NCBI GenBank assembly: GCA_963717505.1
Contig: OY970342.1
Coordinates: 2,720,001 to 2,784,000 of the forward strand
DNA: 64,000 bases
Reading direction: 5' to 3'
Source: Candidatus Eiseniibacteriota bacterium
GTDB taxonomy: Bacteria > Eisenbacteria > RBG-16-71-46
The notes beneath the pieces were generated by a model. The model was not told the DNA's origin, searched no databases, and saw only the letters and a list, made by a program, of their open reading frames with translations. Below are positions 1 to 10,600 of the stretch, piece by piece. A program made the position numbers and the translations under genes. How positions within the stretch are numbered: position 1 is the stretch's first letter; every line of letters starts with the position of its first letter.

Positions 1-193
1 TGCCGCGCTGGTGGTGGATCTGGTCTACGGCCGGGAACTCAGCGAGTGGACCCGGGCTGCGCGCGCCGCCGGACTCGATGCCTACGATGGCCTCGGCCTG
101 CTCGTGTTCCAGGCGCGCCGATCGCTCATGTTGTGGCTGGGCCGTGACCTCGGCGTCGAGCCGCTGGCCCGCGCGGTCCGCTGGCCGCGATGA
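1..193 (+). CDS. aroE: shikimate dehydrogenase, C-terminal part (truncated by window edge)
   Basis: VDLVYG...DGLGLLVFQARRSLMLW matches the AroE C-terminal DxxY / DGxxMLxxQA motif; stop overlaps the comF start. Confidence 0.8.
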   Translation, partial: AALVVDLVYGRELSEWTRAARAAGLDAYDGLGLLVFQARRSLMLWLGRDLGVEPLARAVRWPR

Positions 194-894
194 ACGCCTC
201 GCCCTTCCGGCGGTTCCTCGGTTCGAATCCCGCCCGCGACGCGCTCGAATTCGTCCTGCCCCAGCGCTGCCCCGCATGCGGCGCTCCCGCGGATCGTATT
301 CGCGTCCTGTGCCCGCCGTGCCTGCAGGCGATTCCCCATGCCGCACTCGACCTGTGCTCCCGGTGCCTGGTGGCCGAGCGCGAGCCGTCCGGATGCACGC
401 GCCACCCCGGGTTTCGCGTTCGGGCGGCCTGGCTCTACGATGAGCGGGCCGCGGCCCTGATTGCGGCGTTCAAGTACGATGGTCGGCCGGCAAGCGCGGA
501 CTTCCTGGCCGCCGTCCTGGCGGAAGCAGCGGGGAACGAGCGCGCCGATCTGGCGGTCGGCGTTCCCATGCACCCCACGCGCCGCCGCGAGCGAGGCTTC
601 GACCACGCCGGGGCGCTGACGCATTCGTTCGGAGCAACGACCGGAGTGCCGGTGGTGGAAGGTCTGCTGAAGCGCAACCGGTTGGTGTCGCCCCAGGCTC
701 AGCGCCGTCACCACGCGCGCCGCCATGCGGTTCGCGGCACGATCGACGTGGCGTACCCGTCGTGGGTTCGGGGCAGGAGGGTCATCGTCGTGGACGACGT
801 CATCACGACCGGAGCGACGTTCGAGGCCACATTGTCGGCACTCGACCAGGCCGGAGCGCGGGCCACGGGCCTGGCGCTGGCCTGGGCTCAGTAG
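190..894 (+). CDS. comF: ComF family protein (double zinc ribbon + phosphoribosyltransferase domain)
   Basis: CPAC/CPPC/CSRC zinc ribbon, VPMHPTRRRERGFDH, PRT motif VVDDVITTGAT. Confidence 0.9.
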   Translation: MNASPFRRFLGSNPARDALEFVLPQRCPACGAPADRIRVLCPPCLQAIPHAALDLCSRCLVAEREPSGCTRHPGFRVRAAWLYDERAAALIAAFKYDGRPASADFLAAVLAEAAGNERADLAVGVPMHPTRRRERGFDHAGALTHSFGATTGVPVVEGLLKRNRLVSPQAQRRHHARRHAVRGTIDVAYPSWVRGRRVIVVDDVITTGATFEATLSALDQAGARATGLALAWAQ

Positions 895-895
895 C

Positions 896-1615
896 ATGTC
901 GCACCTCCATCTACCCGACGGGGTGTTGCCCGTCTGGCTTTGGGGAAGTGGGTGGCTGGCGGCGGCGGTCTTCATCGCAATCGGGCTTCGCCCTCAGGGC
1001 CGGCGGTCGGTCCACCGGGTGGCGATCGAGGGCGCGTTGACCGCGCTGATGCTGGCGGCGATGGCCGTCGAGATTCCCATGGGGCCGATCGAGTATCACC
1101 TGACCCTGGCCGGCCCGATGGGCGTCCTGCTCGGGGCGGCCGGAGCGTTCCAGGCGGCCTTCATCGCTAGCGCGATGCTGTCGTTCGTCGGACACGGGGG
1201 CTTCAGCCTGATCGGACTCAATGCGCTCAACCTGGGAGTCGTGGCCGTGACCGCCGGTTGGATCTACCGGAGGCTGGTGGTTCGTTGGCACCCGGGACCG
1301 GCGCTGGCAATCGCGACCGGTGTGGCGCAGGTGGTCGGTGGATTGACCTGGGCGATGGTGATGATGGTCGGCATTCGCGCGCACGCGGGCTCGGCCGGCG
1401 CTGCCGCCGCACCTTCTCCGCTGGTGCCCGCGGTCGCCGCCGTCCTGATCGTCATCGGCGCGATTGCCGAGGCGCTGGTCGCTTTTGGATTCGGACGCTT
1501 TCTCGGACGGGTTCGGCCCGATCTGCTCGGGGTTCCTGCGCCACGCGCGTCGATCGGGCCGACCGAGGCGCCGCGCGGACCCGCCGGGGAGGAACCTCGT
1601 GTCGCTTCTCGCTAG
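896..1615 (+). CDS. cbiM: ECF-type Co/Ni transporter substrate-binding membrane component (CbiM/NikM family)
   Basis: ATG at 896 gives MSHLHLPDGVLP (HxxDG CbiM N-terminus), YHLTLAG and GHGGFSLIGLN motifs, multiple TM helices. Confidence 0.85.
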   Translation: MSHLHLPDGVLPVWLWGSGWLAAAVFIAIGLRPQGRRSVHRVAIEGALTALMLAAMAVEIPMGPIEYHLTLAGPMGVLLGAAGAFQAAFIASAMLSFVGHGGFSLIGLNALNLGVVAVTAGWIYRRLVVRWHPGPALAIATGVAQVVGGLTWAMVMMVGIRAHAGSAGAAAAPSPLVPAVAAVLIVIGAIAEALVAFGFGRFLGRVRPDLLGVPAPRASIGPTEAPRGPAGEEPRVASR

Positions 1616-2316
1616 TCTCGATCTGCGGGCGAGTCGCGGCGGAACGCCATGGCATCGGGCCAGCGCCCTGACCAAGCTGCTGCTCGCCCTCGGGTTGATG
1701 ATCGGGTTGCTCGCGGCCACCCGGCTCGAGACGTTGATCGTCCTGCACCTGACCGCGTGGATTCTGGTCCTGACCTGCGGCGTGCCGGGCCGTCTGGTGT
1801 TGGTGGCCGCCGCCTACCCGCTGTTCGTGACCTCGTTGTTCCTGATCGCGACCTGGCAGGCGCCGCTGGTCGCACAGGTCGGTCTCATCCTGCGTCCGGT
1901 GTCGGCGGTGCTGGTGGCGTTGTGGCTGGTCGGGACCACGCCCTATCCGGATCTGTTCGCGCCGCATCTCACGGCTGTTGCCACGCTCCCTGGCCGATGG
2001 CCTGTTCCTCACCTATCGCGCGCTGTTCGATCTGCTCGAGCGCGCCGAGCGGATGGGGCGGCTGATGCGCGTGCGCGGCAGTGCGAACGCATCCTTCCCG
2101 TCGCGTCTGACCACGGCGGGACAGGGGCTCGCGACGCTGGTGCTCTACGGATTCGAACGCAGCCAGCGAACCTACGCGACGATGCTGCTGCGCGGGCACT
2201 CGGGGCGAGTCTGCGGTTGCCGCCACTTCGCCGAGCTGTCGCGCTCCGACCTCTGGGTCGCGGCCATCGCGCTCGGAGCGGCGGCCGCCGTCTTCTGGGT
2301 GGGAGGTCTGCGTTGA
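1599..2316 (+). CDS. cbiQ: ECF transporter transmembrane component T (CbiQ family), one frameshift near 1965
   Basis: N-half in frame of ORF 1464 (WHRASALTKLL...TTPYPDLF); C-half in ORF 1978-2316 with LTYRALF, MRVRG and MLLRG motifs. Confidence 0.8.
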
Positions 2317-3212
2317 TCCCGACCGGAGGAGCTGCAGAGCCGATCGTCCGCGTTTCGTGCGTGCGCCACACGTATCCGGATCGGACCCAGGTCCACCTGT
2401 GCGGGCTCGACTTCGTGGTCGAGCGCGGCCAGCGCGTCGTGGTCCTCGGCCCGAACGGGTGCGGCAAGACGACGCTGCTCTACCACATCCTCGGACTGCT
2501 CGAGCCCGAGGAGGGAGAAGTGTCGGTGTTCGGGGTGAATCCGGCGCGCGACTTCGACCGGATTCGCGAGCGGGTCGGCGTCGTGCTGCAGAACGTCGAC
2601 GAGCAGATCATCGCCCCGACCGTGTGGGACGACGTTTCGTTCTCGCCGCGGAATTACGGCTATCGCGGCCCCGAGGTGGATCGCAAGGTGGAGGCCGCGC
2701 TCGAGCGCGTGGGGATCGCGCATCTGCGTCACAAGGTCTGCCATCATCTTTCGGGCGGCGAGAAGCGCAAGGTGGCGCTGGCCGGCGCGCTGGTGCTGGA
2801 GCCCGAACTGCTGGTCCTGGACGAACCGTTCGAGGGGCTCGATCCGGCCTCGCGCGTCGAGTTGCGCGAGCTGCTCGGGCGTTTGCACTCCGAGCAGGGC
2901 GTGACGCTGGTGGTCGCGACCCACGATGTCAACGTGGTGACCGAGCTGGCCGACCGGGTGTACGTCCTGGTCGGCGGCGGCGAGATCGTGGCGCAGGGGC
3001 CGCCGGCCGAGATCTTCCGCGACCCCGGTCTGCTTCGGAGGAGCAACATCGAACCCCCGGTGCTCGCCGAGCTGTTCGCGCGCCTCGAGGCCGCCGGCTT
3101 GCCGCTCGGGCGTCCGCTGAGCATGGAGCAGGCGGTCCGGGCACTGGTCACCGCGCTCGAGGCGCGACCGGCGGCCTCCGAATCGACGCCGGAACCGACG
3201 AACGCGCCGTGA
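2313..3212 (+). CDS. cbiO: ECF transporter ATP-binding protein (CbiO family)
   Basis: Walker A GPNGCGKT, QNVDEQ, LSGGEKRK, Walker B LVLDEP, ATHD. Confidence 0.9.
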   Translation: MIPTGGAAEPIVRVSCVRHTYPDRTQVHLCGLDFVVERGQRVVVLGPNGCGKTTLLYHILGLLEPEEGEVSVFGVNPARDFDRIRERVGVVLQNVDEQIIAPTVWDDVSFSPRNYGYRGPEVDRKVEAALERVGIAHLRHKVCHHLSGGEKRKVALAGALVLEPELLVLDEPFEGLDPASRVELRELLGRLHSEQGVTLVVATHDVNVVTELADRVYVLVGGGEIVAQGPPAEIFRDPGLLRRSNIEPPVLAELFARLEAAGLPLGRPLSMEQAVRALVTALEARPAASESTPEPTNAP

Positions 3213-4520
3213 GCGGCGACCTGTTCGGCCCGGCCAAGACGGCCGCGCCGCTCGCCGAGCGGATGCGCCCGCGATCGTTCGACGAGCTGGTCGGCCAGGA
3301 CCACCTGTTCGAGCCCGGATCGCCGCTCGCCCTCATGCGCGACGGCCAACATCTGTCGTCCCTCATCCTGTGGGGTGCTGCCCGGCACCGGCAAGACCAC
3401 GATCGCGCGCCTGATCGCGCGCTCGGCCGGTGTGCCGTTCGTGGCATTCAGCGCGGTGATCTCCGGCATCAAGGAGGTCAAGGACGTCATGGCGCGCGCG
3501 GCGCTCGAGCGCCGCAGCAGCGGCAAGCCGACTCTTCTGTTCGTCGACGAGATCCATCGCTTCAATCGCGCGCAGCAGGACGCCTTCCTCGCCCACGTCG
3601 AGCGCGGCGACATCGTGCTGATCGGCGCCACCACGGAGAACCCCTCTTTCGAGGTGAACGCGGCGCTGCTGTCGCGGACGCGGGTCGTCACGCTGCGCGA
3701 GCTGGGAGTCGAGCCCCTTCGCGAGCTGGTGCGGCGCGCGTTGTCGGACCCGGCGCGCGGCGTCACCCCGCGGACCACGATCGAGGACGACGCACTCGAG
3801 CTGCTCGCGCATGCCGCCGATGGCGACGCGCGGCGCGCCCTGTCGGCACTCGAGATCGCGGGTGCTGCCGCCGGTGGACGGATCGAGCGTGGCCACATCG
3901 AGCGGGCGCTGCAAAGCCGTCACCTGCGCTACGACCGTGCGGGGGAGGAGCACTTCAACCTGATTTCGGCGCTGCACAAGTCGCTGCGCGACTCGGACGC
4001 CGATGCCGGGCTCTACTGGCTGGCGCGCATGCTGGCGGCGGGCGAGGATCCGCTCTACGTCGGGCGCCGGCTGGTGCGGTTCGCGAGCGAGGACGTCGGG
4101 AATGCCGATCCTCAGGCCCTGCCGCTGGCGGTCGCGGCCTTCGAGGCTTTTCACCGTCTCGGGAGCCCGGAGGGCGAGCTGGCGCTCGCCCAGTGCACGG
4201 TCTACCTGGCGACGGCACCCAAGAGCAACGCCGTCTATCGCGCCTTCTCGGCGGCCCTCGACGCCGCGCGCGAGAGCGGCAGCCTGCCGCCGCCTCTGGT
4301 CATCCGTAACGCTCCGACGCCGCTCATGAAGCAGCTGGGATACGGCTCCGGGTACCGCTACGCCCACGACCAACCCGGTCGGATCGCCGACCAGGAGCAC
4401 TGGCCCGAAGGGCTATCGCCCCGGCGGTTCTACGAGCCCACCGATCAGGGGTTTGAAGCCGAAGTCCGGCGCCGGATGGCGTCCTGGGCCGCCGAACTCG
4501 ACCGCCAACGCGAGTCGTGA
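3209..4520 (+). CDS. rarA: replication-associated recombination protein A (AAA+ ATPase), frameshift near 3375
   Basis: PLAERMRPRSFDELVGQDH, GTGKTT, FVDEIHRFNRAQQD, GATTENPSF, ISALHKSLRDSD, ASEDVGNADP, YLATAPKSN. Confidence 0.93.
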
Positions 4521-4548
4521 ATTGGGTTGCAGGTTGCCCTGAAAGCGC

Positions 4549-4577
4549 TTGAACCCGTAGGCGCTTCACGTTAGCCT
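4549..4577 (+). promoter_or_regulatory. putative sigma70-type promoter of giant secreted protein 1
   Basis: TTGAAC (4549-4554) - 17 nt - TAGCCT (4572-4577); the same layout occurs before the paralog at 14860. Confidence 0.5.
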
Positions 4578-4696
4578 ATTGTCACGTCAGCGTCCGCCGG
4601 GAGTTGCGCGCTACCCCTTCGCGCGCGCCGGCTGCCGTCCTCCGACATCACCTCCTGATACTCGCGTAAGACCGGCCGTCTGGACGACATCCTCGC

Positions 4697-7600
4697 TTGA
4701 GTGACCGCACGGTAGGCTCCTTTGCGGACCTGCTGCGGGGCTGGCTGCGTGCCCCGCGCTCGCGTCCGTCCATCCGGTGGCTGTTCCGGCCACTGGTGGC
4801 CTGCGCCATTCTCAATTTCGGCGTCTCCGCCGCGCACGCGCAATCCACCTACGTCTGGAACGTGACGGGGACCGGCAACTACAGCGACCAGGACAACTGG
4901 ACGCCGCGCCGCAACAACTCGAGCACGGACGACATCCTGGTGATCGACGGCAGCCTCACGCCGACGACCAGCATCGAGGACATCGAGGCCGAAACCATCG
5001 GCGCGTTCCGGTTCGTGAACAGCGTGGTGGCCACCCTCTCGGCGACCGCGTCCCGGACCCTGGTCATGTCCGGCACCGGCTCGCCGGCGTTCGACATCGG
5101 CGCGGGAAGCTCGGTCCTCGTGAATGGAGCTTCGCCGATTCAGTTCAACCTGAGCGCGGGCGCCAGTGCGCTCCTGAGCGGGACGCTGATCTTCTCCGGG
5201 ACCAGCCACCGGCTGGTGGCTGCCGGCGCCGGTGCGGTCGTGTTCACCAGTGGCTCGGTGTTCGAGACCGCCGCCGCATTCACCGGGAGCCCGTACGGCA
5301 CTTCGGGAATCACGGACATCGTGGTCTTCCAGGCGGGCTCGACCTACCGCCATGGCGCGGGAGGCAATCCGTTCGGGCTGGCCGCGCCGGCATCGCGCGT
5401 CGTATTCCAGAGCGGCAGCGAGTTCGTGGCGCTCATTCCGACCGGCTTCGTGGCCACCGGGCGCACGTACTCGCACCTCAGGATCGCCAACGCGACGGCG
5501 ATCAGCACCAGCGGAACCGGCACGCTCCAGTTCGACAACTTGTTCGTCGAGAACGGTTCGTCGTTCACCCACAGCGGGAGCGGTGCGGCGGCGATCCGGA
5601 TTCGCGGCAACGTCGGCAGCTCCGGGACCGGGGCGATTTCCTTGATGTCGGGCAACGGCGACGTGCACTTCGAAGCCGCGGGGATGCAGTCGATCGGTGG
5701 TGGCGGCGGCACCGGATCGATTCTGATCGGCAGCGCCGCGCACGTTCCGGCGACCACCACCCTGCAGCTCGAGCGCGCGGTGACATTCGCGACCACGTTG
5801 TTCGTCGGCGGTGTGCTTCAGGTGGCGCCCGGCGGCTCTTTGACCGGCACCGTCGAGTACGCCGATGCCGCGCGCCTGGTGTTCGCCTCGAGCGCCAGTC
5901 CGATCTCGGTCGATGCCGCGGCCTATTGGCCGGCGCTCAACGGTCCCGATGAGATCCTGGTGAACGGCCCGGGCGGGATCAGCATGGCCAGCGGGGCGAA
6001 CCGCGCAGCCACCGGTCTGCTCCGGGTGGCCGGCCCGATCGCGAACGCCGGAGAGATCGTCGTCACCGGCACGCTGCAGCGAGAGCCGGGCGGATCGGTG
6101 ACCGGCGGGCCGGTCTATGGCGCCTCCTCGATCCTGCGCTACCTCGGGACCTTCGCGGTCGGTGGCGAGTGGGGTGGGGGCGTGATCGTCGGCGCGGGGG
6201 TTCCCCGGAACGTCGAAATCGCCGCCGGATCCGGCACGGTGACCCTGCCCAGCCAGGACCGCTACGTTCCCGGCAACCTGACGGTGGAGAGCGGCACGCT
6301 GGCGCTCGGCCCCACGGCGGGGAATCTCTTGATTCGAGGCAACTGGACCAACTCCGGGACGCTGGTCCCCAACGACCGCACGGTCGCGATGATCGGCACG
6401 GCCAACCAGACCGTCACCCGAACGGCCGGCGCCGAAGCCTTCGACATCCTGCAGATCATCAAGACCGGCGGGGACGTATTCCTCGGCTCCAACGTCAACA
6501 TCAACAAACGTCTGTTCCTGAACGGCGGCGACCTGATCACCGGCCCGCACCTGGCGTCGCTGGTTTCAACCACCGCCTATGTGGTGTGGACCGCGGGTCA
6601 TGTCGAGGGCACGCTGCGCAAGCTGGTCGGCACCGGGCCGAAGAGCGTCCTGTTCGAGATCGGCTCCGGTGGCCGCGATGGATTCCTGGGCGCCAGTTTC
6701 GGATCGATCTCGGCGGGAGGCTACCTGGCCGCTTCGACCGTCGGTGGCGACCATCCTCAGATCGCCTCGTCCTCATTCGATCCCAACCTGACCGCGAATC
6801 GTTCGTGGACGCTTTCGGGTCCCGGGGTCGCGTTCGACTCGGCGGCGGTCAGCCTGTACTTCGATCCTGCCGACCTCGACGCGGGCGCCAACCCACTGAC
6901 GTTCGAGGTCGGACGCTGGTCGGCGGGCTGGACCGATCCGCGGATCGGAGTGGTCACCGACTCGAGCACGCAGGCCGTCGGGCTCACGGCGCTCGGCGAT
7001 TTCGTGGTCGGCAACCGGGCCGGTCACACGATCACCGCGACCGCGGGGTCCGGTGGTGCGATCACCCCTTCTGGCGCGGTCGCCGTGCCGCACAAGGCCA
7101 ATCAGTTGTTCACGATGACGCCGAATCCCCACTACCACGTGGCGAACGTCGTGGTCGACAGCGCTTCCGTCGGCGCGGTTCCGACCTACACATTCGTCGA
7201 CGTACGCAAGGACCACACGATCGCCGCGACCTTCGCGATCGACCGTCATACCGTGGCCGTCGACACGGTGGGCGGCGGCACGGTGGCGCGGAGCCCCAAT
7301 CTCCCGGACTATCCCTATGGATCCTTGGTCCAGCTCACGGCGACTCCCGCGTTCGGCTATCAGTTCGGCTCCTGGAGTGGCGACACGGCCAGCACCGCGA
7401 ATCCGCTCCAGGTGCTGGTGGACGGCAACCTCTCGATCACGGCCACCTTCGTCGCGAACCTCTACACGCTGTCGGTGAGCTCGGTCGGGCCGGGGATCGT
7501 CTATCGCCAGCCGAACCTGTCCCAATACGCGTACGGCAGCACCGTGTGGTTGACCGCGAGCCCTCAACCCGGCTACGGACTCACCGCGTGGAGCGGTAGT

Positions 7601-10600
7601 GCCAGCGGGACGACCAACCCGTTGCCGTTGACGATCAACGGCCCGATGAGCGTCACCGCCACCTTTGGGACGCCCTCGTTCCCGGTGGCCGTGAACGTCG
7701 TCGGCTCGGGCACGGTGACGCGCAGCCCGAACCAGACTTCATACGTGGTTCTGTCCACCGTCGAGCTGACCGCGATCCCCGACGCCGGATCGCGCTTCGT
7801 CGGATGGTCGGGCAGCGTCAGCGGCGCTTCCAACCCGGTGCTCCTGACCGTGGATGCCACCGAATCGGTCACCGCGACGTTCACGACGTCGGCATTCGAC
7901 TACACGCTGACCCGTTTCGCATCCTCGTACTCGCCGATCACCGAGGCGGGTGGCGCCACGCCGCTCATGGTGGCCGCTGACGATTCGATCCGTTCGATCC
8001 CCTTGCCCTTCATCTTCACCTACGCGGGCAACGTCTATCGGACCACCTCGCACCTGGCGGTGAGCGCGAATGGCTATGCGTTCATGAGCCGCGAGCCGGT
8101 GCAGACTTCTTCGGTCGCCTCGTCGATCAACACCGGTTTGTTCACCACCGGAGCGCCGAACGCCACGCTGGCCCCGTGGTTCGACAACCTCGCGGTCAAC
8201 GCGGTCGGCGCCAACCCGTCGGGATCCGTGCTCTACCAGACGTTCGGAACCCCGGGGTCGCGCAGCCTGGTGGTTCAGTGGACCAACGTCTCCTCGTACG
8301 CGCAGACCACGGCCGGGCAGCCGCGCCGGCTCAACTTCCAGCTGGCCCTGTTCGAGGCCTCGGGGGTCGTCGAGTTCCGATACGGGTCGGTCCAGGGCTC
8401 GGACTTCAGCATTCTCGAATCCGCTTCGATCGGGATCGAGGACTCGACCGGCGGCAACAACCACTACATCGACGCGATCACCGGATCCCGGCTGACCGGG
8501 ACCAGCATGATGACGTCGAACAAGTGGCCGACGAGGCACGTTCGCTTCACCCCCGGCGCCCCGACGCCGATCCCCGGCGGGGATTACACGGTCGGCATGG
8601 TCGCGACCTATCCCAACCTCAATGAGGCCTTCGCCGACCTCAACCACCGTGGCGTCTCCGGCCCGGTCACCCTGAACCTGAACAACGCGGTCTACGACTC
8701 GAGCTCCGGGGGAGGACGAAACGTATTCCCGTTGCTGCTCGGCCCGATTGCCGGCGCCGACGCCTCGAGACCGGTCGTCATCCAATCCGGGGGCGGGTCG
8801 GTGCTGCGGCACCGCGGGACCGACAACGGCACGTGCGTCCATCAGAACGGCACCCACGTGATCGGGATCGCGAACGAGCCGATCGTCGGCCTGTTGGGCG
8901 CCGACTACGTCACGCTCTCCAACGTCACCCTCGAGGGTGGATCGGCCGTCGATCGTGGTGTGCTGGTGCTCAATTCGTCGCGCTCCGATGGCGCATGGCA
9001 CAACACGTTCGTCGACGTGACCGTGTTGCTCGATCGAACCAACCCTTCTTCGATCGGGATCGAGCAGGTGGTCCCGGCGACTCCGACCTCGGCGGACGGC
9101 TCGAACTCGTACAACCGCTACCTCAACGTGACGGTCGAGGACGCCTACTCGGGCATCGCGCTCACCGGAAACGGTTCGTGGCTCGACGTCGGTTGCGAGA
9201 TCGGCGGCGCCGCCGGCAACGCACGAACCATCGTCGGCGCGGCCACTGCGGGCGACATTGGCGGCGGATCAGCGCCGGTCTACGGCGTGCGCGCGGTGAA
9301 CCAATCCGGACTTCTGATTCGGAGCACCACGGTCCGCAATCTGGTCGGTAGCGGCACGGGCCCGGTCGAGGGCATCGTCGTCGAGCCTCAGGGCGCGGTG
9401 TCGACCCCGCACGGGACGCTCGAGATCTCGGGCTCCCTGATCCACGATCTGGCTCAGGCGTCGCCCAGCGGCGGCCGCGTCGTCGGCCTCAAGGTCGGCG
9501 TGACCGCGAATCCCGCGAGTGTCGTCCGCGTGTACAACAACCTGATCCACCAGCTGTCGTCGGCCAGCACGTCGACCCTGTCTCGGCGCGTGATCGGCAT
9601 CCAGGCGCAGGAGATCGCGCTGGGCGAAGGCGGCACGATCGACGTCGACTTCAACTCGGTTCGGCTGGCGCCCGCGGGACTTGCGTGTCCGAATACGGCT
9701 TTCGAGCTGGGAACCCACACCGGTCCCGTCGTCCACGCGCGCAACAACATCTTTGCGAACTTCACGGCCGCGCAATCGGGCGCGGCCCGACACTACGCGA
9801 TGGTGGTTCCCGGCGCCGGCGCCCTGGGCCCTGCCGGCTCGATCTCGAACCACAACCTGCTGCATGTCGCGAATCCAACCAACGGCTACGCCGGCCGCGC
9901 CGGGGGCGTCGATCGCGTCGCGCTGGCCGACTGGCAGTCCGCGACCGGCGGCGACGCCAATAGCCGGAGCGAGAACCCCGAGTTCGCGTCGTCCTCCAAC
10001 CTCCACCTGAGCACCGTCATGGCCACGCCCGCCGAATCGCAGGGGTCGATGTACTCGGGCACGATCGGCTGGGTCACCGACGATGTGGATGGACAGCCTC
10101 GCTCCATGAGCAGTCCGGACGTCGGCGCCGACGAGGGCTCGTTCGTTCGGCTCCCCTGGCTCGACCTGCAGGCCCTGAGCATCGACACGCCCGGACCCGG
10201 CACCTCGCTCGCCGCCGGTGTGCCGTTCGCGCCGCGTGCGACGTTCCGCAATCTGGGTGGAGCGACGCTGGCTGGCGCAACGGTGCGGTTCCGGATCACC
10301 GGCCCGGCGCCGTCCTCGGCCGTGGTCTACAACGTCACCGCGACGACCCCGACGCTGCCGCGAGATTCGAGCGGAATCGTGACCTTCGGCAGCGCCACGC
10401 TCTCCACCCCGGGCGTCTATTCCCTGCTCGCGCGCGCCGAGCTTCCGGGCGACGAAGTTGCGGCCAACGACAGCGCCACCGGCACGGCTCAGGCCTCGGG
10501 TCCTTTGGTGGGCGACTATCTGGTCGGCAACGCACAGCCCTCGCCGTTCAATACCCTGACCGGGGCGGTTGGACGTCTGAACGCCGTCGGGGTCGCGGGA

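Noticed and set aside
1464-3212. apparent CbiQ-CbiO fusion (582 aa)
   Set aside because: Produced by the frameshift in cbiQ; the CbiQ C-half lies in another frame and stops at 2316.
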